From sequence record DRR723986_4014: a stretch of 64,000 nucleotides of DNA, one strand, 5' to 3'. A program made the translations under genes and the position numbers. Numbering within the stretch: position 1 is the first letter of the stretch; each line of letters opens with the position of its first letter. Shown here piece after piece: positions 48,730 to 58,282 of the stretch. The notes below the pieces were generated by a model, which did not search any database, was not told the DNA's origin, and worked only from the letters and a program-made list of their open reading frames with translations.

Positions 48730-50070
48730 ATGAAACGCATCTCAATCTCACGACGTACGATGCTCCGTGGTGCTGGCGCTGCGATATCATTGCCGCTGCT
48801 AGACGCCATGGTGCCAGCCATGACAGCCACAGCGGCGACTGTCGCTGCGCCGGAGCACTTGAAACGCATCGGATACATTTACATCCCGATGGGCTACAAC
48901 CCAGCCAAATGGACTCCCCAAGGTGATTCACTTGACGAGTTGCCACCTAGCTTGCAGCCACTTGCCCCCGTCAAGGAGCAAGTGACTGTTATTTCCAACA
49001 CCGATCTGAAGAACGCCTACCCAGGTTCTCACGCAACATCCAACAGCACCTTCCTCAGCGCTGCTCGTGCAAAACTGACCGAAAGTAGCGACTACCGCAA
49101 CGGAACAACGGTCGACCAGATCGCAGCCAAGCAGATTGGCCGCAACACTCAGCTACCGTCCCTTGAACTTTCAATGGATCTCTTGTCCACGGTCGGGCAG
49201 TGCGACAACGGATACGCGTGCGTCTACCAAAATAGTCTTTCCTGGGCGTCGCCAACACAGCCGCTTCCATCGGAGGCGCATCCTCGCCTAGTGTTCGAAA
49301 GCCTATTCGGCGAAGGCGGCTCACCAGAACAGATGTCTGCAGCTCGACGCAAACGGGCAAGTCTTCTGGATCTGGTGACGTCGGAAATTAAACGTATCAA
49401 GAATCGAGTTGGGGCCAGTGATCGCAACAAGATTGACGGTTACCTGGAGAGTATCCGAGAGGTCGAGCGACGCATCCAGCTTGCCGAAGAAAACGCTGGC
49501 GACAATCCGCTCCCCGATCTCGATCGTCCGGTTGGAGTACCTGCGGCGTATGCGGATCATGCAAAGCTGATGTTTGACTTGCAACTGCTGGCCTTCCAGG
49601 GTGACATCACTCGCGTCGTTTCGTTCCAGCTTGCTCGCGAGGCGAGCACAAGAACGTATCCAGAAATTGGTGTACCAGATCCACACCACCCTGTGACTCA
49701 CCACGGTCACGATCCAGAGAAACTTGAAAAGGTTGCGAAGATCAACCGCTATCACGTTTCGCTATTCGCCGATTTCCTTCAGAAAATGGCGGAGACGCCT
49801 GAGGGGAACGGAACGCTCCTTGACCACTCCTTGTACATGTACGGAAGTGGGATGGGTGATCCCGACAAGCATGACCACACCAATTTGCCAGTCATCGTCG
49901 CCGGTGGTGCTGCAGGCGGCATGCGTGGAGGTCGCCACATCGCCTTCGATGAAACAACGCCGCTCTCCAACTTGCACCTGACTCTGCTCAACAAGGTTGG
50001 CGTGCCAATGGAGACCTTCAGTGATAGTACCGGGACGGTTGACGAGTTGTTCGATCCCGTGACTTTGTAG
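48730..50070 (+). CDS. DUF1552 family protein
   Basis: SRRTMLRGAGAAISLPLLDAM, TVDQIAA, QLPSLEL, GTLLDHS, NLPVIVAGG; starts 2 bp after the PSCyt gene. Confidence 0.9.
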   Translation: MKRISISRRTMLRGAGAAISLPLLDAMVPAMTATAATVAAPEHLKRIGYIYIPMGYNPAKWTPQGDSLDELPPSLQPLAPVKEQVTVISNTDLKNAYPGSHATSNSTFLSAARAKLTESSDYRNGTTVDQIAAKQIGRNTQLPSLELSMDLLSTVGQCDNGYACVYQNSLSWASPTQPLPSEAHPRLVFESLFGEGGSPEQMSAARRKRASLLDLVTSEIKRIKNRVGASDRNKIDGYLESIREVERRIQLAEENAGDNPLPDLDRPVGVPAAYADHAKLMFDLQLLAFQGDITRVVSFQLAREASTRTYPEIGVPDPHHPVTHHGHDPEKLEKVAKINRYHVSLFADFLQKMAETPEGNGTLLDHSLYMYGSGMGDPDKHDHTNLPVIVAGGAAGGMRGGRHIAFDETTPLSNLHLTLLNKVGVPMETFSDSTGTVDELFDPVTL

Positions 50071-50112
50071 TTCGCCAATGCTCCGCGAAGCAGTTTCGAC
50101 GCTGTACAAATT

Positions 50113-51618
50113 TTGCTGTGGCCGCGTAAACTCCGCTTCGACGCGCCAGAAATCCCACCTGATCAACGAGCTCCTGCCTTGTTACTACGAGTCGCTATCT
50201 GTTTTTGTTTTCTGGTGTGCGCGTCAAACGCAACCGCCAAACCACCCAGTGAACGTCTCTCTGCGGCTGACCTAGCGGAGCAGCAGTTGTGGGATGAACT
50301 GATCCAGCGCCTCTCAGAGGGGCCCAAATGTGTTGATGAACAGCAAGCGGATGGTGGCACAGCATTGCATTGGGCGGCTTTTCACAACAACGCCGAGATT
50401 GCAGAGCAAATCATTGCTGCGGGTGCAAACGTCAACGCAGTCAACAAGTACGCTGTCTCGCCACTGAGTCTAGCGTGTGAGTTGGGGGCCGAACAGGTTT
50501 CCGCACTACTACTTGCTGCGGGGGCCGATCCCGATTCGGCTCGATTGGGTAAGGAGACGCCGCTCATGTACGCGGCCCTTGCGGGAAATCGCAACATCAT
50601 CCGACAGTTGGTCAAGCGCGGCGCGAACGTAGAAGCCAAAGAAGCCCGCCAACAAACTGCCCTAATGTGGGCGGCCGCTTCCGGCAATATTGACGCGGTT
50701 GATGAATTGATTCGTTCTGGCGCTGAGTCGGACTATCGCTTGCCTCGGTCAGACTTGTCAGCAATCATGTTTGCGGCTCGCAACGGTCACGGACCTGTAG
50801 TGATGCGAATGCTCGCCGCGGGCCTAGATGTAAACGATACGATCTCTCCCAGCCGTTCTGGCGGGCGCGATCCACGAAAGGGCATGTCGGCACTCATGCT
50901 GGCGACCGAAAGCGGGCACCTCGAGTTGGCACTTCAGTTGATCGAGGCGGGCGCGAACCCAAACGACCGCCGAAGTGGCTTCAGCCCCCTTCACGCAATT
51001 AGCTGGGTCAGACGGACAGAGCTAGGAGACAATCCGGATGGCGACCCCGCTCCACGGATCACGGGCTCGGTAGATACGCTTGAGTTCGTTCGGCAGCTTG
51101 TTCAGCGGGGCGCGGACGTGAACTTGCGTGCGAAGGGCGTCAAGCGTCGCGGCCAGAAACTCCATCAGGAGGCCGCATCCCCATTTCTACTTGCCGCCCG
51201 TGGTGCGGATCATCCTCTGATGAAACTCCTGCTTGAGCTTGGTGCTGATCCGACATTGACCAATGCAGACGGCACCAATGCATTGATGGCCGCCGCAGGA
51301 GTTGGCGTGATCGCAGTTGGTGAAGAACCCGGAACGCCAGAGGAAGTTGACGCTGCCGTCCGGATGTTAGCTGGCCTCGGGCTCGACATTAATGTGGTCG
51401 ACAAGAAGGGCAATACCGCCATGCACGGAGCCGCCTTGCGGACCTTCCCTACGACTGTTTCGGTCATTGCGGAGCTCGGTGCAGATCCGGAAATCTGGAA
51501 CAAAAAGAATGATCGGGGGTGGACGCCATTCGATATTGGGCGAGGTAAGCGACCCGGCAGTGTGAAGCCTTCCCCTGAAACGGTTGCCGCGCTCCAGAAA
51601 GCACTTCGCCCTAGATGA
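50113..51618 (+). CDS. Ankyrin-repeat protein
   Basis: Many TALHWAA/TPLMYAA/TALMWAA...GANVN repeats; start uncertain. Confidence 0.9.
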   Translation: MLWPRKLRFDAPEIPPDQRAPALLLRVAICFCFLVCASNATAKPPSERLSAADLAEQQLWDELIQRLSEGPKCVDEQQADGGTALHWAAFHNNAEIAEQIIAAGANVNAVNKYAVSPLSLACELGAEQVSALLLAAGADPDSARLGKETPLMYAALAGNRNIIRQLVKRGANVEAKEARQQTALMWAAASGNIDAVDELIRSGAESDYRLPRSDLSAIMFAARNGHGPVVMRMLAAGLDVNDTISPSRSGGRDPRKGMSALMLATESGHLELALQLIEAGANPNDRRSGFSPLHAISWVRRTELGDNPDGDPAPRITGSVDTLEFVRQLVQRGADVNLRAKGVKRRGQKLHQEAASPFLLAARGADHPLMKLLLELGADPTLTNADGTNALMAAAGVGVIAVGEEPGTPEEVDAAVRMLAGLGLDINVVDKKGNTAMHGAALRTFPTTVSVIAELGADPEIWNKKNDRGWTPFDIGRGKRPGSVKPSPETVAALQKALRPR

Positions 51619-51718
51619 TGTTTTCGGCTTGTGCGGTTCGCGCTCAGCGCAATCCGCGGATTCTCTTTGGAAACTTGTTCTCCTGGACAGCAGCCTACCC
51701 CACTAGAAAGAGTCTACT

Positions 51719-53095
51719 GTGATACGAACTTGGCTCATTGCTATCGTCCTATTCAGCCTTGCCGCACGCGGCAACGCAGCGGATATAAAGAACGTTCTGT
51801 TCATTATTTCGGACGATTTGAAAGCAAGTGCTCTCGGTTGTTATGGAAACAAGGTTTGCCAAACACCACACCTGGATTCGCTGGCACAGAGATCGCTAGT
51901 CTTCGACAATGCGTATTGCCAGGGAACTTGGTGTGCGCCGTCGCGGCAATCATTGATGTACAGCAAGTACCACGGTAATCAAGGTCGGAACCTGGGAGAG
52001 TATTTACGTGCACAGGGGCTCTATTCGGCGCGTGTTGGCAAGATTTTTCACATGCGTGTGCCAGGCGACATTATCGACGGGACCAACGGAGCGGACGTTG
52101 CCAGTTCTTGGGACGAACGATTCAATTCCTCCGGCAGAGAAGCGCATACGCCAGGGCTTTACTCGTGCTTGAATCTGAACATTGTGACTCGTGCACCTGA
52201 GGACCGGCAATCAACGCGGATGCCGCACCGCATGTTTGTCAGTGTTGAAGCTGACGGTGATGGTTCGGATCAACCTGACGTAAAGAGCGCTGACAGAGCG
52301 ATAGACCTGATCGATACTCACAAAGACAAACCGTTCTTTCTGGCGGTCGGGCTGGTGAGACCGCACTACCCCATGGTAGCTCCGAAGCGATTCTTTGATC
52401 ACTATCCCTTCGCAGAAATGACTCTTCCGAAGATTCCCGACGGGGACACGGATGACATTCCAAAGATGGGACTCGGCCCGACACTTTCCACGAAGAATCC
52501 GATCGGAAAGTACCCAGACAATCAGAAACGCATGTGGGCAGCATACTACGCATCGGTCACGTTTATGGACGAGCAGGTTGGGCGTATTCTTGATCACTTG
52601 GATGCCACTGGGTTACGGGACTCGACCGCGATCGTCTTTACAAGCGACCATGGATATCACCTTGGTGAGCATACAATGTGGCAGAAATCGAATCTACACG
52701 AAGAGGTAACACGCGTCCCGCTGATGATCAGCGCTACGGGAATGAAGGTAGGTCGGAGCCAGGCGTTGGCTGAGCTAGTTGACATTTACCCAACTCTGGT
52801 CGACGCTTTGAACTTTCAGATTCCCGATAACCTCGATGGACGATCGCTCCTGCCCGTTTTGCAGGACGAAAGTTCCGCGGTCCGTGACTACGCCATTTCA
52901 TTTCACAAAGGGGCGTCGCTTCGCGGCCAGCGGTGGGCATACATGCGATACACCGATGGTACTGAGGAGCTGTATGACATGAAGTCTGATCCTGGGCAAT
53001 ACACCAACCTTGCAGACTCTGACCAGTATCACGCGAAGTTGAAAGCTCTCCGCAAGCAGTTGCAGGAGCATTCCGGGTACAGAGCCAATGACTGA
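51719..53095 (+). CDS. Sulfatase (iduronate-2-sulfatase-like)
   Basis: NVLFIISDDL, CAPSRQSLM, GKIFH, RPHYP, FTSDHGYHLGEH. Confidence 0.92.
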   Translation: MIRTWLIAIVLFSLAARGNAADIKNVLFIISDDLKASALGCYGNKVCQTPHLDSLAQRSLVFDNAYCQGTWCAPSRQSLMYSKYHGNQGRNLGEYLRAQGLYSARVGKIFHMRVPGDIIDGTNGADVASSWDERFNSSGREAHTPGLYSCLNLNIVTRAPEDRQSTRMPHRMFVSVEADGDGSDQPDVKSADRAIDLIDTHKDKPFFLAVGLVRPHYPMVAPKRFFDHYPFAEMTLPKIPDGDTDDIPKMGLGPTLSTKNPIGKYPDNQKRMWAAYYASVTFMDEQVGRILDHLDATGLRDSTAIVFTSDHGYHLGEHTMWQKSNLHEEVTRVPLMISATGMKVGRSQALAELVDIYPTLVDALNFQIPDNLDGRSLLPVLQDESSAVRDYAISFHKGASLRGQRWAYMRYTDGTEELYDMKSDPGQYTNLADSDQYHAKLKALRKQLQEHSGYRAND

Positions 53096-53483
53096 TCAGA
53101 TGCTGCCTGAGAATCAGGTTTTTGATGTGTTGGGTGAAGAAGGCTTCCAGCGAATCTGCCGAAGTTTCTACCAGCGCGTATTAGAAGATGATATTCTGCG
53201 GACAATGTATCCAGCCGACGATATGACTGGTGCTGAACAACGGCTCGCAGACTTTCTCATCTACCGGTTCGGCGGCCCACAGCGCTATATCGAGCAGCGA
53301 GGGCATCCACGTCTGCGTGCTCGGCACATGCCATTCACGATCGACGAAGCCGCTCGCGATCGGTGGATGGAATTGATGACAAGTGCGATTGAAGAGGCTG
53401 AAATCGATGGCCGTGCGGCGAGCACTCTGGTGTTCTTCTTTGACAAGATGGCAACGTTCTTGATCAATGCGAAGAGCAGTTGA
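53088..53483 (+). CDS. Truncated hemoglobin, group II (trHbO-like)
   Basis: SFYQRV..DDIL, FGGPQRY, GHPRLRARHMPF, ARDRW. Confidence 0.92.
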   Translation: MTDQMLPENQVFDVLGEEGFQRICRSFYQRVLEDDILRTMYPADDMTGAEQRLADFLIYRFGGPQRYIEQRGHPRLRARHMPFTIDEAARDRWMELMTSAIEEAEIDGRAASTLVFFFDKMATFLINAKSS

Positions 53484-53528
53484 GCAACGGCATACCGGGT
53501 GCAGGTGGTTGCTCGTCCACGGGCGCAG

Positions 53529-53563
53529 AAGAAAAGCCTGTCGCGTGCAGCACGAAACAGGCC
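53529..53563 (-). terminator. Intrinsic terminator between convergent genes
   Basis: GCCTGT..CGTGC-A-GCACG..ACAGGC stem with a TTTTCTT tail on the minus strand. Confidence 0.55.
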
Positions 53564-53603
53564 TTGAGTATCTGTCAGAAGTTGTTCTTTGCCGTGTCGT
53601 GAA

Positions 53604-54569
53604 CTAGGCGTCCTTGCTCATCTTTCGACGAACCTTCATCAAGAGCTTCTTGGTTGCCATGATGCCTGCATCTTCATCCAGGTTCTTACCTTCGTATTCG
53701 ATGCCGACAAAGCCGTTGTAGCCAGCGTCAACAACGATCTTCATCATCTTGGCAAAGTCAGTTTTTGTTTCGTTGCCCTTATCATCGAAATCGTGGCTCT
53801 TCGCACTTACCGCCTTGGCGAACGGCATAGTCTCGGTGACGCCCTTGTACCGATCATAGTCGTGGAAATTACCGAAGTCTGGCAGCGTGCCGCAGTTATC
53901 CATCTCAACGGACGCGATCGTCTCAGCCAGCCACTTGCCGTTGCTGCTAAGTCCACCATGGTTCTCCACGATCACATTGATGTCGTGGTCCGCAGCGAAT
54001 TCTGAAAGGCGTCGCAAGCCGTCGGCAGCTAGCTTCTTCGCTTCGTCATAATCCTTGGTCGATTGAGCGTTGACCCGAATCGAGTGGCAGCCAAGATGCT
54101 TGGCGGCGGCAACCCATTTGTAATGGTTCTCGATCGCCTTAGTCCGTTTGGCTTCGTCAGCGTCCCCCAACGCTCCTTCGCGGTCGATCATAATGAGCGG
54201 GCATTTCATGCCCAGGTCATCATGCCGCTTCTTGAGTTCGTTCAGATAGTCCTGATCCTCAGCCTTGTCCATGAAGAACTGATTGACATACTCAACTGCA
54301 TTGATCTTAAAGTCTTCCTTGGTCTTTTTAGCGAAGTCCAAGTTGTCGAGCTTTCCAGCCTTCAGGGCTTTGTGCAATGACCACTGAGCGAGCGAGATCT
54401 TGAAGACTGGCTTCTTACGCTTCTTCTTCTCGCCGTCTTCCGGCGCGGTGATTTCGTTTACGAAAGGGCGATCACGTTCTTGTCCTACCGCGACGTTTGC
54501 GGCGGCGAGTGTTGTGGTAGCTGCGCCGATTTGTAGGAAATGCCGTCGTTGCAGAGATTTGTTCATCAT
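53604..54569 (-). CDS. Tat-exported sugar-phosphate isomerase/epimerase (xylose-isomerase-like TIM barrel)
   Basis: QRRHFL Tat motif; [28 protein letters not shown]. Confidence 0.88.
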   Translation of the reverse strand: MMNKSLQRRHFLQIGAATTTLAAANVAVGQERDRPFVNEITAPEDGEKKKRKKPVFKISLAQWSLHKALKAGKLDNLDFAKKTKEDFKINAVEYVNQFFMDKAEDQDYLNELKKRHDDLGMKCPLIMIDREGALGDADEAKRTKAIENHYKWVAAAKHLGCHSIRVNAQSTKDYDEAKKLAADGLRRLSEFAADHDINVIVENHGGLSSNGKWLAETIASVEMDNCGTLPDFGNFHDYDRYKGVTETMPFAKAVSAKSHDFDDKGNETKTDFAKMMKIVVDAGYNGFVGIEYEGKNLDEDAGIMATKKLLMKVRRKMSKDA

Positions 54570-54780
54570 GTGGCCTTTTTCAAATGGTTGCTCAATGGCG
54601 GCTGGGCAACAGAAGACTGCACGCCACCGCGCTTTGGGGATGTGAGGATTGTTGCATGGGAGCACTCTGCCGCAAGGATTGCTGGCGTACTGCACGCGAA
54701 CACGACTTATCATATTCTGCGAGCTTAGGTGCCGCAATCTGCCTGCGCAGGCGGATTTACGGAAAGCCAACGCACCAAAG

Positions 54781-55581
54781 CTAGCCCTGCTGTGTCAAGA
54801 CAACAGCAAGGACGATCACGAGAATTATGGCTACAACTACCAGCCCGATCAGGGCAATGCGGTAATTCTGCTTCCGCTTCTGCCGCTTGGAGATCCGACG
54901 CACCTCGCTGGGGCTGATTGCGGTTCCAGGTTGCTGCGATGACGCGCTAGGCTGCATAACTGCCTGGGGGTGAGCGACCGAAGACGGGTTCGCGACAAAA
55001 CTCTTTGGAAAAGCTTGAGCGGCAGGTACCCACTCCGGCCACGGGTGGATCCAGACAAGCGAGTCGGGCAAGATGCGGCCTTCGCTGATCCAGGCGTGCA
55101 TCGTGGCTGAATCCGCAGGCCCAAATTGACCGCTTCCGGCAATGTTTACAAACCAGGCTTCGGTTGCTTGCGCCTGCCCCGGAGGAGCTGCAACTGGAGG
55201 CGTCGTGTCCGATGCAGGCTCAGGCTGACCCGCATTAGCCGACTGGGAGGGCGTTGTAGCGGCTGTTGATTCAGGCCCCCCGCCGCTCGGCAAATCAACA
55301 TCGGGGGCTGACTGTGCAGCAGTGGTTGGATCAGGAGTTGAGGTCGGCGGTGCGGGGTTGTTCGCCGGTTGTGCTGGGGCTTCAGTGGATTTGGTTGGTG
55401 AAGCTTCCAGTGTCTGCGGCGTGGCACTGACGGTGGTTTCCACCCGAATGGCGTAGTCGCTCGTCTCGTTCGGAACGCGCAAAAGCACATTGCACTTTGG
55501 GCACTTGGCCTTCTTGCCTGCCTGAAAATCCTTCACATTGAATGCATGTTCACATCCAAAGCAACGAAACTGGATACCCAA
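54781..55581 (-). CDS. Zn-ribbon + GYF_2/DUF4339 protein with C-terminal membrane anchor
   Basis: CFGC...CPKC; Pro/Thr/Ala linker; QFGPA...[14 protein letters not shown]...W; terminal TM; probable TTG start after GGAGG. Confidence 0.8.
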   Translation of the reverse strand: MGIQFRCFGCEHAFNVKDFQAGKKAKCPKCNVLLRVPNETSDYAIRVETTVSATPQTLEASPTKSTEAPAQPANNPAPPTSTPDPTTAAQSAPDVDLPSGGGPESTAATTPSQSANAGQPEPASDTTPPVAAPPGQAQATEAWFVNIAGSGQFGPADSATMHAWISEGRILPDSLVWIHPWPEWVPAAQAFPKSFVANPSSVAHPQAVMQPSASSQQPGTAISPSEVRRISKRQKRKQNYRIALIGLVVVAIILVIVLAVVLTQQG

Positions 55582-55660
55582 ACCCAACTCCTCCTGTGTG
55601 TCCGCGATAAAGCTAGCCCGCTCGAACACACTAACACGACCGAAGCCTGCCTTCCAGTGC

Positions 55661-56941
55661 TTAGCCAGCAAAAGTCAGGGTGTTGTAAAGCTTGAACAGA
55701 GCCGTAACGAGGAATAACGCGAGCATGAAAATCAGGGCTGCATTGGTTAGTTTCGAGTTGCGGTGTGAGCCCAGCCAGCGCGAGCCCCCGCACAGATAAA
55801 GCAGCGTCGACGCCAACATTGGGATGAATAACGCTCCGATGATTCCGTTTACCAGCATGGCGGTCGCAAAATCAAACGCGTAGAGCCCAACAATTGGTGA
55901 CGTCGCCAAGGCGAGTAGGCTCGTTCGATAAGTCGCCGATCGGGTGTCGACTACGCGAGCATCTGTCTCGCTGCCGTTTCGTTCTGCTGGAAAAAGGAGA
56001 CGCCCGAAGTCGCAGAAAATGTAGGGGACCGCTTGCCAAACACCGAGCAGACTGCTGAAGACGGCTCCCCAAGCACCAATTAGAAATGCCCACTTTGCCG
56101 CGAGCCCTCCGCTCGGAACATTTTTTTCAATGAGATCAGCCACGTTGACCACGAGCGCGGCACCTTTACCCTCAACTTCACCGAGGGCAGCCCCAATAAC
56201 CACCATGGCCACACCGAAGATCGCTGTCATGCCATAGCCAACTGCCAAGTCAATACGGGAATCCCCCAGGCTTTCGGGCGAGTTGCGGCCTTCTTCACGA
56301 ATCCAATAGCCATAACAAAGCACTGTAACGGTCCCGCCGACACCGCCGAGCAAAGCGACCGTCTTGTTGAGCCCCTGACCAGCAATGTCGGGAATGGTAG
56401 GAATGAAGATACCGAACGCGACATCTGCTGCGTTGGGCATCAATAGTAATGCAGTTGAGACGCATACGATAAACATCAGGCCAATACAAACTGCCATCGT
56501 CTTTTCGAACAGGCGGTACCCGCCAACGACAACCAGCACTACGGCAACGATACTATGCAAGACGCCGTAGAGTGTTTTGTCTGTACTGGCGTCTTCGAAG
56601 ATCGGAAAGATAGCGTGAGCTGCCACACCACAAGCACTCATGAGCGCCATCGCGACCAAGAAACTCCACACAACCAGATACACCGCAAAGAACCACATTA
56701 GGCCTTTCAGGTGTCTAACGGCTCCTTCTAGCAGTGTCGTTCCCGTTACAAGCTGCCACCGCGTCAGGCCTTCGTTGAGAATAAACTTGAGGCCAGCGCC
56801 AAGCAGCACCGCCCAAAGAACGGCTGTCCCAAGGCTTGCACCGGTCAAGGTCGCCATGGCCAAATCACCCGCACCGACACCAGTCGCGGCAACAAGGATT
56901 CCCGGTCCAATGATTTTTAGATAGTTCTTTTTAGCTGACAT
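55661..56941 (-). CDS. Nramp-like/APC-fold membrane transporter
   Basis: IGPGILVAATGVGAGDL; about 11 TM segments; lacks the canonical DPGN motif. Confidence 0.8.
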   Translation of the reverse strand: MSAKKNYLKIIGPGILVAATGVGAGDLAMATLTGASLGTAVLWAVLLGAGLKFILNEGLTRWQLVTGTTLLEGAVRHLKGLMWFFAVYLVVWSFLVAMALMSACGVAAHAIFPIFEDASTDKTLYGVLHSIVAVVLVVVGGYRLFEKTMAVCIGLMFIVCVSTALLLMPNAADVAFGIFIPTIPDIAGQGLNKTVALLGGVGGTVTVLCYGYWIREEGRNSPESLGDSRIDLAVGYGMTAIFGVAMVVIGAALGEVEGKGAALVVNVADLIEKNVPSGGLAAKWAFLIGAWGAVFSSLLGVWQAVPYIFCDFGRLLFPAERNGSETDARVVDTRSATYRTSLLALATSPIVGLYAFDFATAMLVNGIIGALFIPMLASTLLYLCGGSRWLGSHRNSKLTNAALIFMLALFLVTALFKLYNTLTFAG

Positions 56942-57363
56942 GAAGCAGCAGTCTTGGGTAAACGTCTAAAAGTCGTAACGCAGTAGTCTTTGCCGGCAGT
57001 GTGGGATTTCAAATCATGCACGACAGCCGCACAGCGCTGACTGGGTGCTGTCTGGCATTGCCTGCGAAAACGGCGAGCTTGAGCCCGAGCTGTTGATCCC
57101 ACACTTCATACCAGGTTCTATCCCGGTATTCTTCGCTGGCCATTGGATTTCATCGAGTCTACAGCTTAACAATATTCGTTCGAACGTGACCGGCAGAAGC
57201 TACAAACAGCCCGCTGTTTGAGTCCGCCGGATGGGTGCTAAGCAACAACCTTGTAGAGATACGGCAGAATCGGTCGCGCATTCTTCACGCCGGGTTCGGA
57301 ATCACTTATAAATGAGATCCTTCAGTCCGAAGAAACCATGGGCAATTGTTGCGAGCGACCCGA

Positions 57364-57927
57364 ATGATTCTTACAGGCGCGGAAATCAAGAAGCGGCTCG
57401 GAAGCGATATCAAAATTTCGCCTTTCGACGAAGAGCAGTTGAATCCGAACAGCTACAATCTTCGCTTGCACAACGAGTTGCTTGTGTACGAAGAGGTGGT
57501 ACTGGATCTGAAAGAACCCAATCGCTACCGGCGGCTCGAGATTCCAAGTGAGGGGCTCGTCCTCAGCCCGAACCAAATCTACTTGGCTCGGACAATCGAA
57601 CACACCGAAACTCACGGCCTGGTCCCCATGGTTGAAGGCCGCTCTTCAATCGGCAGGCTGGGACTGTTTGTGCACGCGACCGCTGGATTCGGGGATGTTG
57701 GTTTTTGTGGATACTGGACGATTGAAATGTTCGCGGTCCAGCCGATCCGAGTCTATCCTGGGGTTCAGATCTGCCAGTTGTTCTACCACACCGTCGAAGG
57801 CGAGATCAAAACCTCTTGTACGTCAAAGTATCAGAATAACAAAGACGTTCAGCCAAGCTTGCTTTACCAGGAGTTTGGACGCGAAGAAGACGACCAGCAG
57901 TTGAAGTTTGACTTCCCCATGCGGTGA
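57364..57927 (+). CDS. dcd: dCTP deaminase
   Basis: MILTG, LNPNSYNLRL, EGRSSIGRLG, TAGFGDVGF, ICQL, SKYQ. Confidence 0.92.
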   Translation: MILTGAEIKKRLGSDIKISPFDEEQLNPNSYNLRLHNELLVYEEVVLDLKEPNRYRRLEIPSEGLVLSPNQIYLARTIEHTETHGLVPMVEGRSSIGRLGLFVHATAGFGDVGFCGYWTIEMFAVQPIRVYPGVQICQLFYHTVEGEIKTSCTSKYQNNKDVQPSLLYQEFGREEDDQQLKFDFPMR

Positions 57928-58164
57928 GTACTCCCGCGTTCCGTTCGCTCGTCGTATCTTAGGCCAATGCGTTTTGCAGCCGCGCTGAAGAAGCCCCGCC
58001 GTCACAGGGCCTCTGCGCTTCTCACTCTTCACAGCATGCGATAACGCCTTTATCAATTTGTTTCAGCCGTCTCACGGCCTGCTACAGCGACGAGCTATCG
58101 GGCGGCTAGAGAATCCCGAGACTCACATTCTCTCTTGCCAAGCACTTCTCAACAATCAGCTTTG

Positions 58165-58193
58165 TTGACATCTGCCCCACGGTGCTGTACCAT
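58165..58193 (+). promoter_or_regulatory. Sigma-70-type promoter upstream of the DUF1559 gene
   Basis: TTGACA-N17-TACCAT. Confidence 0.6.
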
Positions 58194-58282
58194 TTCGCTA
58201 GTACACCGGCTTGACGCTTGCGAGACGCACGATCGTAAAGCTGTTGGTGTCGTAATTTCAGATTGTATTGGGGAGTTATTCG

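Noticed and set aside
56942-57363. Mn-sensing yybP-ykoY riboswitch or tRNA in the long divergent intergenic region
   Set aside because: No GGGGAGUAG-type motif on the minus strand and no cloverleaf or T-loop pattern seen
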